DNA of 64,000 nucleotides from Vermamoeba vermiformis (taxonomy: Eukaryota): assembly GCA_045837725.1 (NCBI GenBank), contig JBEWZL010000304.1:62001-126000 (forward strand), in the 5' to 3' direction. The notes below the pieces were generated by a model, which was not told where the DNA came from, did not search any database, and worked only from the letters and a program-made list of their open reading frames with translations. The position numbers and the translations under genes were made by a program. Positions 39,232-51,663 of the stretch are shown here, piece after piece. Position 1 is the first letter of the stretch; each line of letters begins with the position of its first letter.

Positions 39232-39360
39232 TCTTACACTTCCAACATGATGCTTATGTCAAAAGGAGCAAAACAGTATGGCAACAAAAAAGAGACGAAA
39301 ACTAATGCTGCAAGATGGTCATACAAAGTGGTGTGACTCGAAAAATCTCGCCGAACAAAA

Positions 39361-39532
39361 TCAACAAGGCACTCATGGTCTAGGGGCATGATGTGCGCCA
39401 TGACACGCTGTCTTTCGTCCTGAGCAAAATCAACAAGGCACTCATGGTCTAGGGGCATGATGTTCGCGATGACACGCTGTCTTTCGCTTCCTGCAAACTC
39501 AACAAGGCACTCATGGTCTAGGGGCATGATGT
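39361..39532 (+). repeat. Three exact 34 bp direct repeats at 69 bp period: two degenerate tRNA-Gly copies plus the 5' part of the intact tRNA
   Basis: TCAACAAGGCACTCATGGTCTAGGGGCATGATGT at 39361-39394, 39430-39463 and 39499-39532. Confidence 0.92.
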
Positions 39533-39577
39533 CCGCCTGCCACGCGGGCGACCCGGGTTCGATTCCCGGTGAGTGCA
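39507..39577 (+). tRNA. trnG-GCC: tRNA-Gly(GCC)
   Basis: Identical to the 34340-34410 copy; T-run terminator follows. Confidence 0.95.
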
Positions 39578-39754
39578 TTCTTTTTTGCCTTTTGGCCTCT
39601 TCTGGCTCGCTAGTTTGCGCTCTGTCTTGAGCAGTTCGTTATGGATTAGCTGTTAGTATCCAGAGTACTGGAAGCAAGGACCTTTGACATTAAGACCTCA
39701 CCAAAAATAATCGTGTTTTTTTTTTAATTGTGACACCACACCACAAACCACAGC

Positions 39755-41127
39755 ATGGAAGCATCAAACGAAAAGACAATCGAGGAAACTTCGAACGATC
39801 CCTTTAACGAGCCAGTAAATTCAAATTATGGCTACACGACATTGCAGATCCCAAAAGATGAGGAAGGTTACGTTATTAGTTTTGAAAAAGACGATGTCGC
39901 CGCTTGGCGAGATTTTTTTGACACGTACGGTATAGTGGTAAGTCGAGTTTCGGCGATTTTATAATATTATTTAAATTTTTATTTGAAATTTGAAATTTAA
40001 AGGTCATAAGGAACATTATTAGTGACGAAGAAGCAGATAGAACTGCTAACGAAGTATGGGATTATTTAGGAAAAATGTTAAACGCGGAGAAGGATGTAAG
40101 TTTAAAATTAGCTTTTTTCAGTCCGGACTGAATTGTGGTTAGGATCCGAGTACCTGGGAACGTTGGCCTTGGGGCGCGCATCTAGGTATATTGGGAAGCG
40201 ACTTGACGTTAAGTCAGCAAGCCTGTAGCAATCGAGAACACCCGAATATGTACGACTTTTTCTGTAAACTTTACGGCGAGACAGAGTAAGTTAAGATCTG
40301 TTTGTGAAGTTACAGCCCGTAATTTATGACATTGGTAGATTATATACAAGCGTCGATCGCATCGGCATGATGAGGCCAACAAAGGGAATCAAATTTCCCG
40401 GCAAAGAAGAGCCCGTGGACAAACCTGAATGGAAGACTAAGAGCCAGTGGCTGCATTGGGATATGAGTAAGATACTATACACTGTGGTGCGTGAGGAGTA
40501 CTAAAAGTGAGTTACAGATCCTTGGACTGGTAAGACGTCGATGTACGGATGGCAAGGAAACAATCCAGATCAACCGCACAACAAAGGATTCAACTACTTG
40601 ATGGTGCAAGGAATATTGGGTCTTTATGATTGCGGCCCTAATGACGGAGGTTTTCATGCAGTGCCCGGCTTCCACAAGCACATCGAGGCTTGGGGTAAAG
40701 CAAATGATCACCTGCGTGAACGAAACACTTATCCCAACATTTATGATGAGACTACCGGTACGTGCTCAGGCAAATTATAAATGACGCTGACACCTTTTTA
40801 GTTCAAGTGCCTCGCATGGATCCGATTCGAAATGACATTCAAAAGTTGCCACTGCGCAAGGGCAGTTTGTTGATCTGGCACTCGGCGATACCTCACGGCA
40901 CATTCCCTAATGACAGCAATCGCTTCCGTTTGATCCAATACATGAAAATGGCACCTGCTTCTTATCCACATGTCGTGCCGTTCTATCAGTCCAACTCTCC
41001 GTTCAGACCGATGTACCCATTTCCCGAGGACGTACAGCTGACTGAACTCGGTCAAAAGATTTATGGATTTAAGCCTTGGAAGCCCACCCCTGAGGTGCAG
41101 AAGTCCCGTTGGTGCGTTTTGTTGTGA
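39755..41127 (+). CDS. PhyH-like 2OG-Fe(II) dioxygenase (multi-exon)
   Basis: FFDTYGIVV; WLHWDM (HxD); VQGILGLYDCGPNDGGFHAVPGFH; KGSLLIWHSAIPHG..PN...RLIQY. Confidence 0.85.
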
Positions 41128-41270
41128 AGTGTTTTATTTGTATTTAGCCCGACCTTTATTCACGAACCACCCAGTAAAAATTTCGGTAGTTCATTTATTT
41201 CATATTTGTTTATTAGACCACGTAAGAGGCGGTGGTCTGTTTACATTCAATACATAATGAATACACGATA

Positions 41271-44200
41271 ATGGACGCAAGGAACAAAGCAATTTATTCT
41301 CAAGTGTTTGATCCAGCCGTTGCTGCAGGTATTACCAAGGATTTAATTGTTCTACAAACTATACGAATAAACTCAATAACACATTGTGCAGGATATTAAT
41401 TAACCGTAATAATGAAAGATAATTTTAAAATATTTAATGGTTGCTTTCATATCAACTTAGCTCGATCGATTATTAATATGATGGAACGTATCAAGATATT
41501 AATATTCATTAAATTTAGAATTTCAAGCTACTCTTCTGGCACGTTCAGATTCCCAATCGATCCGTCAAGAATCTTTTCGCGGTATGTCATTTAGTTTAAT
41601 TATATTATTCACGAATATTTACCAATTACTACTAGGCGAGAAGAAACAAGAAAGTGAATACTTAATCGATGAGCACTCATACTCGTTAGAAAGCGATCCC
41701 GAAATACCGCAATACGGTTATTTTAATGAAAGAGGCGAATTAACTTGGTATAAGCGAGCATGGATAGACTTTCAAGTGTGGATCAGGCGCCCATATTTTA
41801 GTACGTGGCTGAATTAATCTGAGGCTAGACTTTATTAACGCGATCTTCGTGTAGGGTTGGGTCAAAAGACAGTAACGGGCATGTGGATACTAATAGCTGC
41901 CATAATATTCTTTGTCACATCTTTGGTATTGGGATTAGCTTTGGGACTCACCTTATCGAGCACCCAATTTTTGACAGATCCAAACTTGACAGTTGCACAA
42001 GTAGCCAGCGGAATAACATTTGAAGGAGGGACTGTTATATTATCACGTGACACAGTGCCTAATCCGACACTATGGAACTTTATTCAATATTCAATGGACG
42101 TGGACAAGATTACAATCACCGATGCAAAGGTGCTTGTTACGAACAGAAGTTCCAACGCAGAGCTCGCAAAAATCGAAATTTCAGGACACGTGTCGATAAT
42201 AGATATCGGGAATGCCACATGCAATGCAGTTCTGACGTTCAACGGCGACACGCAAGATTTCACAGCAGCCAATATGAACTTGTTCCTCGAGGTCAACTTT
42301 GCTGTACATTGGAACCCCTTAATGAGCTTGCCTTTGCTCAAACGACATGCCACTAGCTTTGGGCACAATATCACAGCTAACAATGGTGCTTGGATGAGCG
42401 ATATTTCATTGATCAGCAGCGGCACACTGACCGTAACAACACTCGCTACATTCACTCGCAAAAATCGAGATTTCACCTTCGTTCCTGGCGTGCACTTACA
42501 CGTGGATGAACTTAAAATAGAAGGCCAAGGATTGATCAATTCATTGGGCAGCTTCTTGGATAGGTATTCAATTGACGTAGCTGCACTTTGAGCCCAGTAC
42601 TGACGTTACTGCAGGGAATTGGGAGACACGAAGTTATTCCTCAAGTTATACTTGCCGTTCGCTATGATCAACGAGCAACAATCCTTTGCTGAGTTGAGTT
42701 TGTTAGACGACAATGGACTGCAATTAGGACCCGTGCAAATGCATTCTACGAGCGTTGTGTTCCGTATTGAAGGCATTGGTAAGTCAACCTTGAATTTAAA
42801 AAATAGTAATTAATATATTCTGTAGGTCCTAGACCTTTGATTACGTTGCAAACTGATTTAAACATTCCTTTGGCCCCGCTAAACCCCAACTTGAATTTGA
42901 CGGTCAATGGAAACTTTAATTCTGAGTCACGTGCCATGATCTTGAAAGGTACAGTTCGGTCAATAGTATAATTAGAAACTAACGAATATTCAGGTGAGAT
43001 ATCACCTTGGCCCAATCCTTTTGGCCTTCCTTACATGGCAATCGACAAAACACAGTTCAATCTCACCATTGCTCAACGATCGCACGTGCGCAACAGAGCA
43101 ACTTCGTTCGTCAATAGATTTAGCGTTGAAGCATACCTCCTCACTGGTGCACGTGTAAACATACCCAGAATTCCTGAAATGTCTGCCCAAGTGCTTGGCA
43201 CCCTCAACAACGGAAATTTGGCGTTTTTCGTCAACGACCTTGACGTGCCGAGCATAGGTAAGAAACTCATCCACTAATTCTCTCATGATCTAACACGTTG
43301 TAGACGAGGTTATCAAATCGCTGCTTGGTATTGACGTGCCGTCATTAAGCGACAAGTTCGACATTTCTAATCGACGCATGAGCATGGCACTCGCGAGCAG
43401 TTTTCGAACTAGAATCAACTTGCCCTTTGATCACATGATGAACGGCATGGTGATTGGAAGGTAAGGTCTAACATCAACACGCGCGTTCATAAACTGACAC
43501 GTGACCGCAGAGGAATGACACTCGTGACACCTGCTGTCAAAGTGACAGATCTTATTGGACCGGTCAGAGATCTGTTCCCTGGCCGAGACTTCGGTAGGCC
43601 ACTTAGTCCATTCATTACACTCGACAGTGTGACTAACTTCTTCATAGGCGAATTGATCTTGGGCGCGACAGTTCCCGTGTTCGATGCATTGGACGTGACT
43701 GGATTCAAAGGCCAGTTCGAAGTGTTTTTGAAATCAACACCTTTCGACCTCGATTCCAAGCTCCGATTTTTGGGCTTTGGAATTATCGCAAGGCCATTCG
43801 CCGTGCCAGTTACTTTGTCGGTGGCAGCTGAGCTCGAGCTACGAATACCCGAACAAGACAGCTTGATTTTCCACGTAGAAGGACAAGTTCAGTCAGGTCA
43901 AGTCACGATTGGCGGCTCGATGATTGGAATGTGGTACAACGCGTTCAATGTCAACGGACTTAACATTGGCAACGTCACCGCTGAGATTGGTATCGCGCCT
44001 GGCCCTATCATTTCCACGATCGGTCTCGGTGCCGCTATTCAGATAGGTCGCGCTGAGATTTCGTTCTTGGGCAGAGCTAGTGTCGACTTGGCCGATTCAT
44101 TTGTCAACGCCCGCGTACAGAATTTATACCTCACTGACATTGTGCAATTCTTCAAAGGTACGAGCTGTTTATTGTAGACAGCCTATCATTCACATATACT

Positions 44201-45159
44201 GACTTTATTTAGATTTGAATGTGGATTTCCTGGATCGTATTGACATCAATGATGTTCCCGACAATGTCAGACTCAATTTGCTGCTGGTGACATTCGCAAC
44301 AAAAGACGGAGAGTTGCAAGGAATTCCGTACACGAAGGGATTCAGAATTGCAGCTGACGCCGAGCTATTGGGCGTGACTGCAACAGCCTCAGTAAGTCAA
44401 GCAAGAAAATGTAACCAAAACAAACTTAACATTACATTTTAGGTTGCTTCGAACAAAGCTCTTGTGGCCAATGTGCCAGTCACAGATTTGTTACTCTCGT
44501 TTGGCATTCGATTCGACAACCTCGCGGACATCATCCTGGATTTCGTAGAACGAATCTTGCCGTTTGACTTGCCTTCATTAGACGAGATTTTGTGTACGTA
44601 TTTACGGATTCATCGAGCGTACCGGACTAACGTTGTGAATTTTTCCATAGCTGGCATTGGTATTCGATTCAACCTCGGCAATGTGCTTGGCTTGAAGAGC
44701 GTTGAATTGAGCGACTTCTCGCTGGTAAATGTGATGCACGGAGATTTCCCCGAGCTGACCATTGTCATCATGCTGGCTGGACACGAGCGACGCTTATCCC
44801 TCAACTTGGATCTCAAGTCATTGGGCAATGGCTTGAGCAACATTTTGGAGCTGAGTAACGTGCCTGCGGACTCGGACTTTTTGAGCTGTGTCGTGAACGC
44901 TCACTGCAAAGACAGCAGTTCCGGATCTGTTTGCGATCACACACAGACACCTTGGCGATGCGTTTCTGCATGCCCGCAAGGCTCTGTTAGTATCGATAAG
45001 GCAGGCTGTTGGCCGAGTAATTCAACCGAGGCAAGCAATGCTCGTCGCAGTCTCAGTTACAGCGGCTACTCGTTCATGAACGAAGATCACGTGCAACGAT
45101 TTGAAATGAGACGTCAGAATCAAATCCCTGTAAAATATGTTTTTAGACCTGTCAATTAG
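41271..45159 (+). CDS. Large uncharacterised beta-strand-rich type II membrane protein with C-terminal Cys-rich module
   Basis: Short cytosolic N-terminus; TM GMWILIAAIIFFVTSLVLGLALGL; long alternating hydrophobic/Gly/Ser strands; terminal CVVNAHC...C...CVSACP. Start inferred from splice sites. Confidence 0.7.
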
Positions 45160-45242
45160 AATAAAGTTGTATTGCTAGTTTAGTTAAATTCGAGTGCATG
45201 AAGAGCCATTAAAACGATTTTTATTTTACAATAGATCAACCG

Positions 45243-46785
45243 TTAATCTTGATCATTTTCTTCGTCGCTTGGCTCATAAAATTCAGGCCCACTTTTTTCT
45301 TCCTCTGAATCAAGGAAGTTGTCGTCAGGATCTGATTTGACTTCGCTATTCCTTTCGTATATTTTCGGCATATCATTTTCATCGTAAACAAACAATTCGG
45401 GACCGTTCGTAATGGAAGTAACAGGTCCTAATATATTTGTATTATCGTTATTATTGGTGGTATTTTCATCTTCGTCCGTAATTGGCATGTACGACGGCAC
45501 ACAATTGAATTGATATCTAATCTTATGGCCGTCGACTCTGTTGAATATCAAGTTCATCGACATTGTCTCTTTGTCAGCAATTGAAATTTCGACGACGCCA
45601 ACACCGCCAGTTACAACTGACTTGTCATTTGTAACGTCAAAAACGAACGATAATTTCCTCGTGTGTTGCACTTAAATGATCGTTAATATGACTATACAGA
45701 CCTATTAAATGCTTTTTTTACGTACTTGTTGAAGCTGACGTAAAGCCCTTTGTGATTTTAAGTTGAAATTTTGAAATTAAAATGTCGCCGTACACAGCAA
45801 TGGAGATCGATTTTGTTGCTGCATCGAACTCTTTTAGTAAGTGCAGGTTGATTACTGAGTTGGCAACTTCATCTAGAATAAAACGAACGGTTATTAATAA
45901 TTGAACGAATTGATTAAGGTAAAAAAAATCATTTAAAAACAAATGTCTAACCATATTTTGGCTAATACAGCTCGATAAAAATTTGTATGAGTAAGTGATG
46001 GGTTTTTACCTTCATTTTGAAATATGTTCAAATCATCTATTGTGACGTTCTCTTTAGCACCAACAATGCTCGAGTCTAATATTTTTGATGCGCGCCAAAA
46101 TCCCAAGTCTAGTCTGTTCGGATCTAACGATTTTGCCTTGTTTTGTTGCTCCTCGTCAAATAACTCCACCAAAAAATCGTATTCTTCTGTTCTCATCACA
46201 GCAAATTCAACATCTCTTCGCTAATAAATATTAATACGATAATTATTTCTTATAATAATAATTCTTACTGTTAAATTTTGACGTTCTTCGTTGTCCCTCG
46301 CCTTCATAAACCAGCTTTTAATTGAAATCTCTTCTACGAACATCTCCGATAATTTTGATAATAGGGCACCGCATTCTTTTAATACTTTAACGTCCTACAA
46401 TAAATTTTAAAAAACTTTCTTGAAATAAAATAATAGATCTTACCTCGTCGCACTCCAGATCCATCATGTATTTAATTTGCGACAATGGAAATGCATGTTT
46501 AGAAATTTTCCTATTCGTAATTTGTTCTATTTGAGCTGCTTTGACCTCCCAATATTCATTGATAATTGATTTTACGTCAAACTGCTCCAAATATTTTTCT
46601 AAAATATGAACGTTACTATTTAGGCCATATTAATATTATTAGAGCATTAGCTCACTAAATTAAATAATATTCAATTTATTTACGGACAGATCAAGTTCGT
46701 TACCTGTTTCAATTTCATCCTCCTCTTCATTTTCGCGGTCATCGAGGCTTAAAGACCAATCAAGTACTTTAGATAATGAACTCAT
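45243..46785 (-). CDS. NF-YC/HAP5-like histone-fold protein, right-arm copy
   Basis: Mirror of 27056-28607 with the same exons. Confidence 0.75.
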
Positions 46786-46949
46786 TATTATATTGTGGTC
46801 ATTACTGTTCGTTGAAAATTGAACTGGTCGATCGCGCGAATGATTTTTTTGAGGTTTTATCAAAATTAAATCCATATTACAAAAGGAGCCAAATGTGCTT
46901 AGTATACATCAATGCTTAAATTAAAAACTACAAGAGACCAACTCTTACA

Positions 46950-49900
46950 TTAAATCTCTTTGCTTTCGGTGGCCTTGTTTCGTTCGTCGTACCATTGCGC
47001 ATTCAAAAAGCCCAATTGAGCTTGAATGGCTTTGATTGCCGGCGAAGCATCTTGTTTCAGTGAAATAGATCGTTGGGGCTTAACAATCTAAGCAAACAAA
47101 TTATATTAATGAAGTTTTTTAAGCAGATCGAGTTCTGATCATGTTGGACTTGGCTTACCTTGCAATAGTTTTCAGGGAAGTAACCTTCTTGGCCATTCAA
47201 TTCACCGAGCCACCAACCACCAGGCTCGCCTTGTTCAAGGACAACAATAACATCTCCTGGCTTAATCGATAATCCTAAAACCTCGAGTTAGCACCACTTC
47301 AATTTTTCCTAATTAGGCAAGTCCGTAGTACTCACGTTGCGAGTCTTCGCTCTTATATTCATAAATAACTTCGGCTTTGTATTTAAATGCACTTCGTCTT
47401 CGTTGACGTGAACGTTCTTGTTCGACTTCACGGTGAGTTTTTTCTTCTTGCACGGCAGTAGGTTTACGAGGGCTATATTACATACACATGATTAATATAG
47501 TTGCCCTACTATTATATATTATTTGACACTACGTACCTCTCTTTAACTTCGGCAGATTCGGTCGTAATACCTTCCTCCTATAATATGAAAAGTTCATTAA
47601 ACTTAACGTTGCGCAATGATTCGCTCGGTAATTTTTTCGTACCTCGTTCAATTGCTCTTCTTCGTACTCGAGCAATAACAACTCGTCTTCTTCTTGTTTG
47701 CTAAGTTTCTTCTTGCTCTTCAAGAACGCTCTTCGTGCATTCAATTTTTCGCGCTTAGTCATGTTAGTGGTATCAGGCATGGCTGCAGGTTTGGCCTCTT
47801 CTTCTTGTTTAACTTCTTCGTCACTTGTCTGAACAGGTGTTAATACTAGTGGTCTATATTATGGTTATTATTACTTTGGGGGGAGTTTTTACCTCGCCAT
47901 CCGCAGGTTCGTCATTAGTTTCACCGTCAATATCGTCGTCAATAATTTCGTGCGGGAAGACTGTCTCAGCGACTTTAAGTACGCCTCCGGACTCTTCCTC
48001 GTCCTTAATATGTGTCTCGTGCGTCTCGACAGTGTCATTGTTTTCAGCAAATTCGACAACTGTTTCAGAGAATTTGACTGACTTTCTCTTCTTCAATTTT
48101 GGTTTCCTGGGCAAGTCACTGGCAGGAGCGTTGTTGCCACCAGATTCATTGGCAGCGGTGTGACGAGCAGTCTCTTCGTCGTGATAGACGTCATCGTCAT
48201 GCTCTTCAACCGGTTCTTCAGGCTTGTTCTCGCCGTCTTCGAGAGGTTGATCACTTTCATCAGGAGTGTCACCTTCCGTGGCGTGACCATTCTCGTGAGG
48301 CTCGTCAGTCACGTGAGTCTCCTCGACAGTTTCTTCAACGTGCTCATCAGTCTTATCTTCGTGATGATCTTCGTGCTCACCATTTTCTTCGACGTGTTTA
48401 TCCTCGTGAGTCTCTTCCACGTGTTCCTCGTGGTGTTCCTCAACGTGAGTAGGCTCCTCGACATGTTCTTCGGGATGTTCCTCCGGTTCAGCATCGCTTT
48501 CGACCTCAGGTTTGACATCATCCGTGGAATCATGCTCCGCTGGAGTCTCGTCAACATGCTTCTCGGGCTCGACATGTTCCTCAACGTGTTCCTCTGATTG
48601 AGTTTCAATGTGCTCCTCAGGTTTGTGCTCTTCAACATGTTCCTCGGGCTTGTGCTCTTCCACGTGTTCTTCAGGCTTGTGCTCTACATGCTCTTCGACG
48701 TGTTCCTCGGCCTTTTGGTCAACGTGTGCTGCTGGTTGGGGTTCTTCCACATGCTCTTCGGGCTTGTGTTCTTCAACATGTTCCTCGGGTTTGTGCTCCT
48801 CAACGTGTTCTTCGGGCTTGGTTTCTTCCACGTGCTCAGTGACATGTTGCTCTGGTTTAGTTTCAACAACAGGCTCAGCTTCAACGGTGACAGTTTCAGT
48901 TTGCTTGGGCTCCAAAGCAGTGACAGCGACTTCAACGGCAACAGAAGTGATAATTTGCTTCGGTTGTTCGATGGGCTTGACGTCTGTTGGCTCTGCTTTA
49001 ACTTGCTCGCCTGGCTTTTCGTGATCGACACTAGACGATTCACAAATAAAATTAATTTATGTAATTAAGTCAATTATGAATTAATGGCAATTTGCTAATA
49101 TTTTTAATTGTCTTACCTCTTCTCAACCGGCTTGACGTCAGATTTCGTTTCAGATTTAGAACCATTAGTATCGACCTGGGACTTCTCTGTTTTAGTCGTT
49201 GTTGCTGGTTTTGAGGTGGCCTTATCGGTAGCAGCCTATTATAACAGGATTGTTACGAAACTGTCTAATTATGTCCGAATCCAATTTAAAATCGTTTCGA
49301 AGATTCTGTGCCGTGAATACGAAATTACACGTTCGAAAAAATATAGTATACTATCCGATGCCATAATAAATTGAAAATACTTGCTTAGGATAATGTAACC
49401 ATTAAAATATTGGATTAAATTTATCAGATCGATTAATTGAATCATAAAATGCTGTATATAGCAAATTCCGTATTTTCTGACCTTCTCTAACAAGAACTTT
49501 TGGTATTTAACATGGTACCAAGTCACCAAAGCACCGATCCCTAACCAGATCAAGAAAGGAACCATAGTGGTGTTGAAATAAATAAATATACTATAATACA
49601 AATAAATATGCGACCACTATATACAATAAAAATATCGAACGAGATCTGGTATCCCTTTCAACGGTTCAAGTTACTTTTACGCAATTTTTGACCGAATTTC
49701 AACGGACGTTTTCACTGAACGGACCTCAAGCAAAAAAATAATTTGTACGGCATCGTAAAGATTAAAAACGGCTTAAGTGATTGCGCTAATTACCTTTTTA
49801 ACGGCGGATGCGGGTGTGGTTGTAGTCTTGGGCTAAATATAGATATTAGTACTTTGTGATTAGGAGGTATTTTCTGTATACCTTAGTAACAGATGTCTTC

Positions 49901-51209
49901 GCCGTCGCAGTAGTAGGTTTTACCGCAGTAGTAGCAGGTTTTGTTGCGGTAGTCTTGGCTGTAGCTGGCTTCGCTGTTGTGGATGTGGTCGGTTTTGTCG
50001 CAGGAACTTTAGATGCAGTTGTGGTTGTTGTAGCTGGCTTCGTGGCAGTCGTAGTGGCGGGCTTTTTAACCGCAGAAGTGGTGGTCGGCTTAACAGTGGT
50101 TGTGGCGGGTTTGGTGGTAGTGGATGTGGGTTTTGTCGAGACAGCGGCAGGCTTAGTAACGGATGTAGCCGTGCTATCAGTCTTATTGGTATTGGAAGCT
50201 GTGGTCGACGTCGATGTGGCAGTGGTTGTGGCAGCAGGTTTCTTTACTGCAGCGGGTTTCGTGGCCGTTGTGATGGCTGGTTTAGGCGATGTTGTCACGG
50301 GCTTTGTGGCCGTCGTAGTGGGCTTAGAAGTCGGCGATGTTTTGACAGTTGTAGTGGTTGGCTTTAACGTTGTTGAGGTGGGTTTCGGCGATACTTTAGT
50401 GGCAGTAGTAGTGCTTGTAGGGGATGGTTTTGGTGTCGTTGTCGTCGATGTCTTGACCGGTGATTTTGTCGCTGTCGTGGCTGTGGTTGGTTTCTTTGGA
50501 GGAGAAGTTGAAGGCTTGTGCGTAGGGCTAGTTTTAGTTGTTGTAACAGTGAGTCTTGGCGACTTTTTGTCTTCGCTGCTGTGATCGCTTTTCGAGTCAT
50601 CATGTTTCACCACATTCGTATTATTATCCTCCTTTGAATCGTGGCTTTTATCCGCCGTCGTGCTAGTGGTCGCAGGCTTCTTAGCGGTGGTTGAAGTGGT
50701 CGTTGGTTTCTTGACAGCGGGTGACACTTTTATCGCTGGTTTGACACTCGGTGACACGCGTGTTGGTGTCGTTGATTTTCCGCTGGCCAGAGTTGGTGTC
50801 TTCGGCGTTGTAACAGGCGACGCTCGTCTGAAATTTACATTTGTTAGTCATATTATTAATACCTAAGAAAGAAAACCTACTTCCCAGGGCTGGTCTTTGG
50901 CGGAGTTGGAGGCCACGCGGGCAAGTCAGGCTTAGGACTTGAAGTTGGTGTAGTTGTTTTAGAGGTCTTAGGTGTGCTCGTCTTTGGACCAGGCGAACTC
51001 AACGGAGATTTATGGATCTTCAAACTGCCCGCTGTTGTTGCAGCTGTTTTAGCGCTGGATCCGGTTGGCTTTGTCGTGGTAATTTTAGGAGGGGTGTTAT
51101 TATTATCATTATTGCTCTTTATCTTCTTATCCTTAGTCGCGTTGTCTGTACGATTAGTGATTGTTTCTTGCTTCTGCGGGTCTTCGTCGGCTTCCGAGTG
51201 ATCGTCCAT
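46950..51209 (-). CDS. Low-complexity (TTKP and EEHVEEHKP repeats) protein with C-terminal SH3 domain
   Basis: Thr/Lys/Pro exons, a 353 aa Glu/His ORF, a KSVKF motif (RVxF-like) and SH3 AEVIYEY...LSIKPGDVIVVLEQGEPGGWWLGELNGQEGYFPENYC. Confidence 0.8.
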
Positions 51210-51663
51210 TTTAATTAATTCAAAATTAATTGCTAAAGCCCCTATATAATTAAAATGACGATATTAGGCCGCTTTCTGATGTCCATAACAAATTGAGATA
51301 ATTATTAACTGATTAATTAAATTATCGTTGGGGTCGAGAAGAAGAAGTTTCATCTTAATTCGTCAGAAATCAAATTAACCGAAATAAAAAATATTAAAAT
51401 TAATGCATTAACGCGAAACAGCATTAATTGCTGGATGCAGATTGAATGGATCACTGACCTGCAATATGTAATCAAGCGAATGGCTCGAAGTTTGTAACGT
51501 GAATATGCACTACCTTACAGTATTGTGCTTTATTCAGCTTAGTGGACAATAACACTGAGTTTTCTGTGTTCCAAGTCTGCGCGCGTTTTTTAAAATATCT
51601 CAACGTATCTCCAATCTATTACTTTATTTACAAATTCAATACCACAACATAGCGAGCACTATT

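Noticed and set aside
39361-39532. CRISPR array (34 bp repeats, 35 bp spacers) beside a Cas4-superfamily-like nuclease
   Set aside because: The repeat is the tRNA-Gly 5' part. The two spacers share an 18 bp identical core and resemble the tRNA 3' half. No cas genes are present and the context is eukaryotic.
48093-50584. Long opposite-strand and alternative-frame ORFs (Val-rich 49856..50584, CSSGL repeats 48608..49024 and mirrors at 24769-25744)
   Set aside because: Shadow ORFs of the low-complexity Thr/Lys and Glu/His coding repeats.
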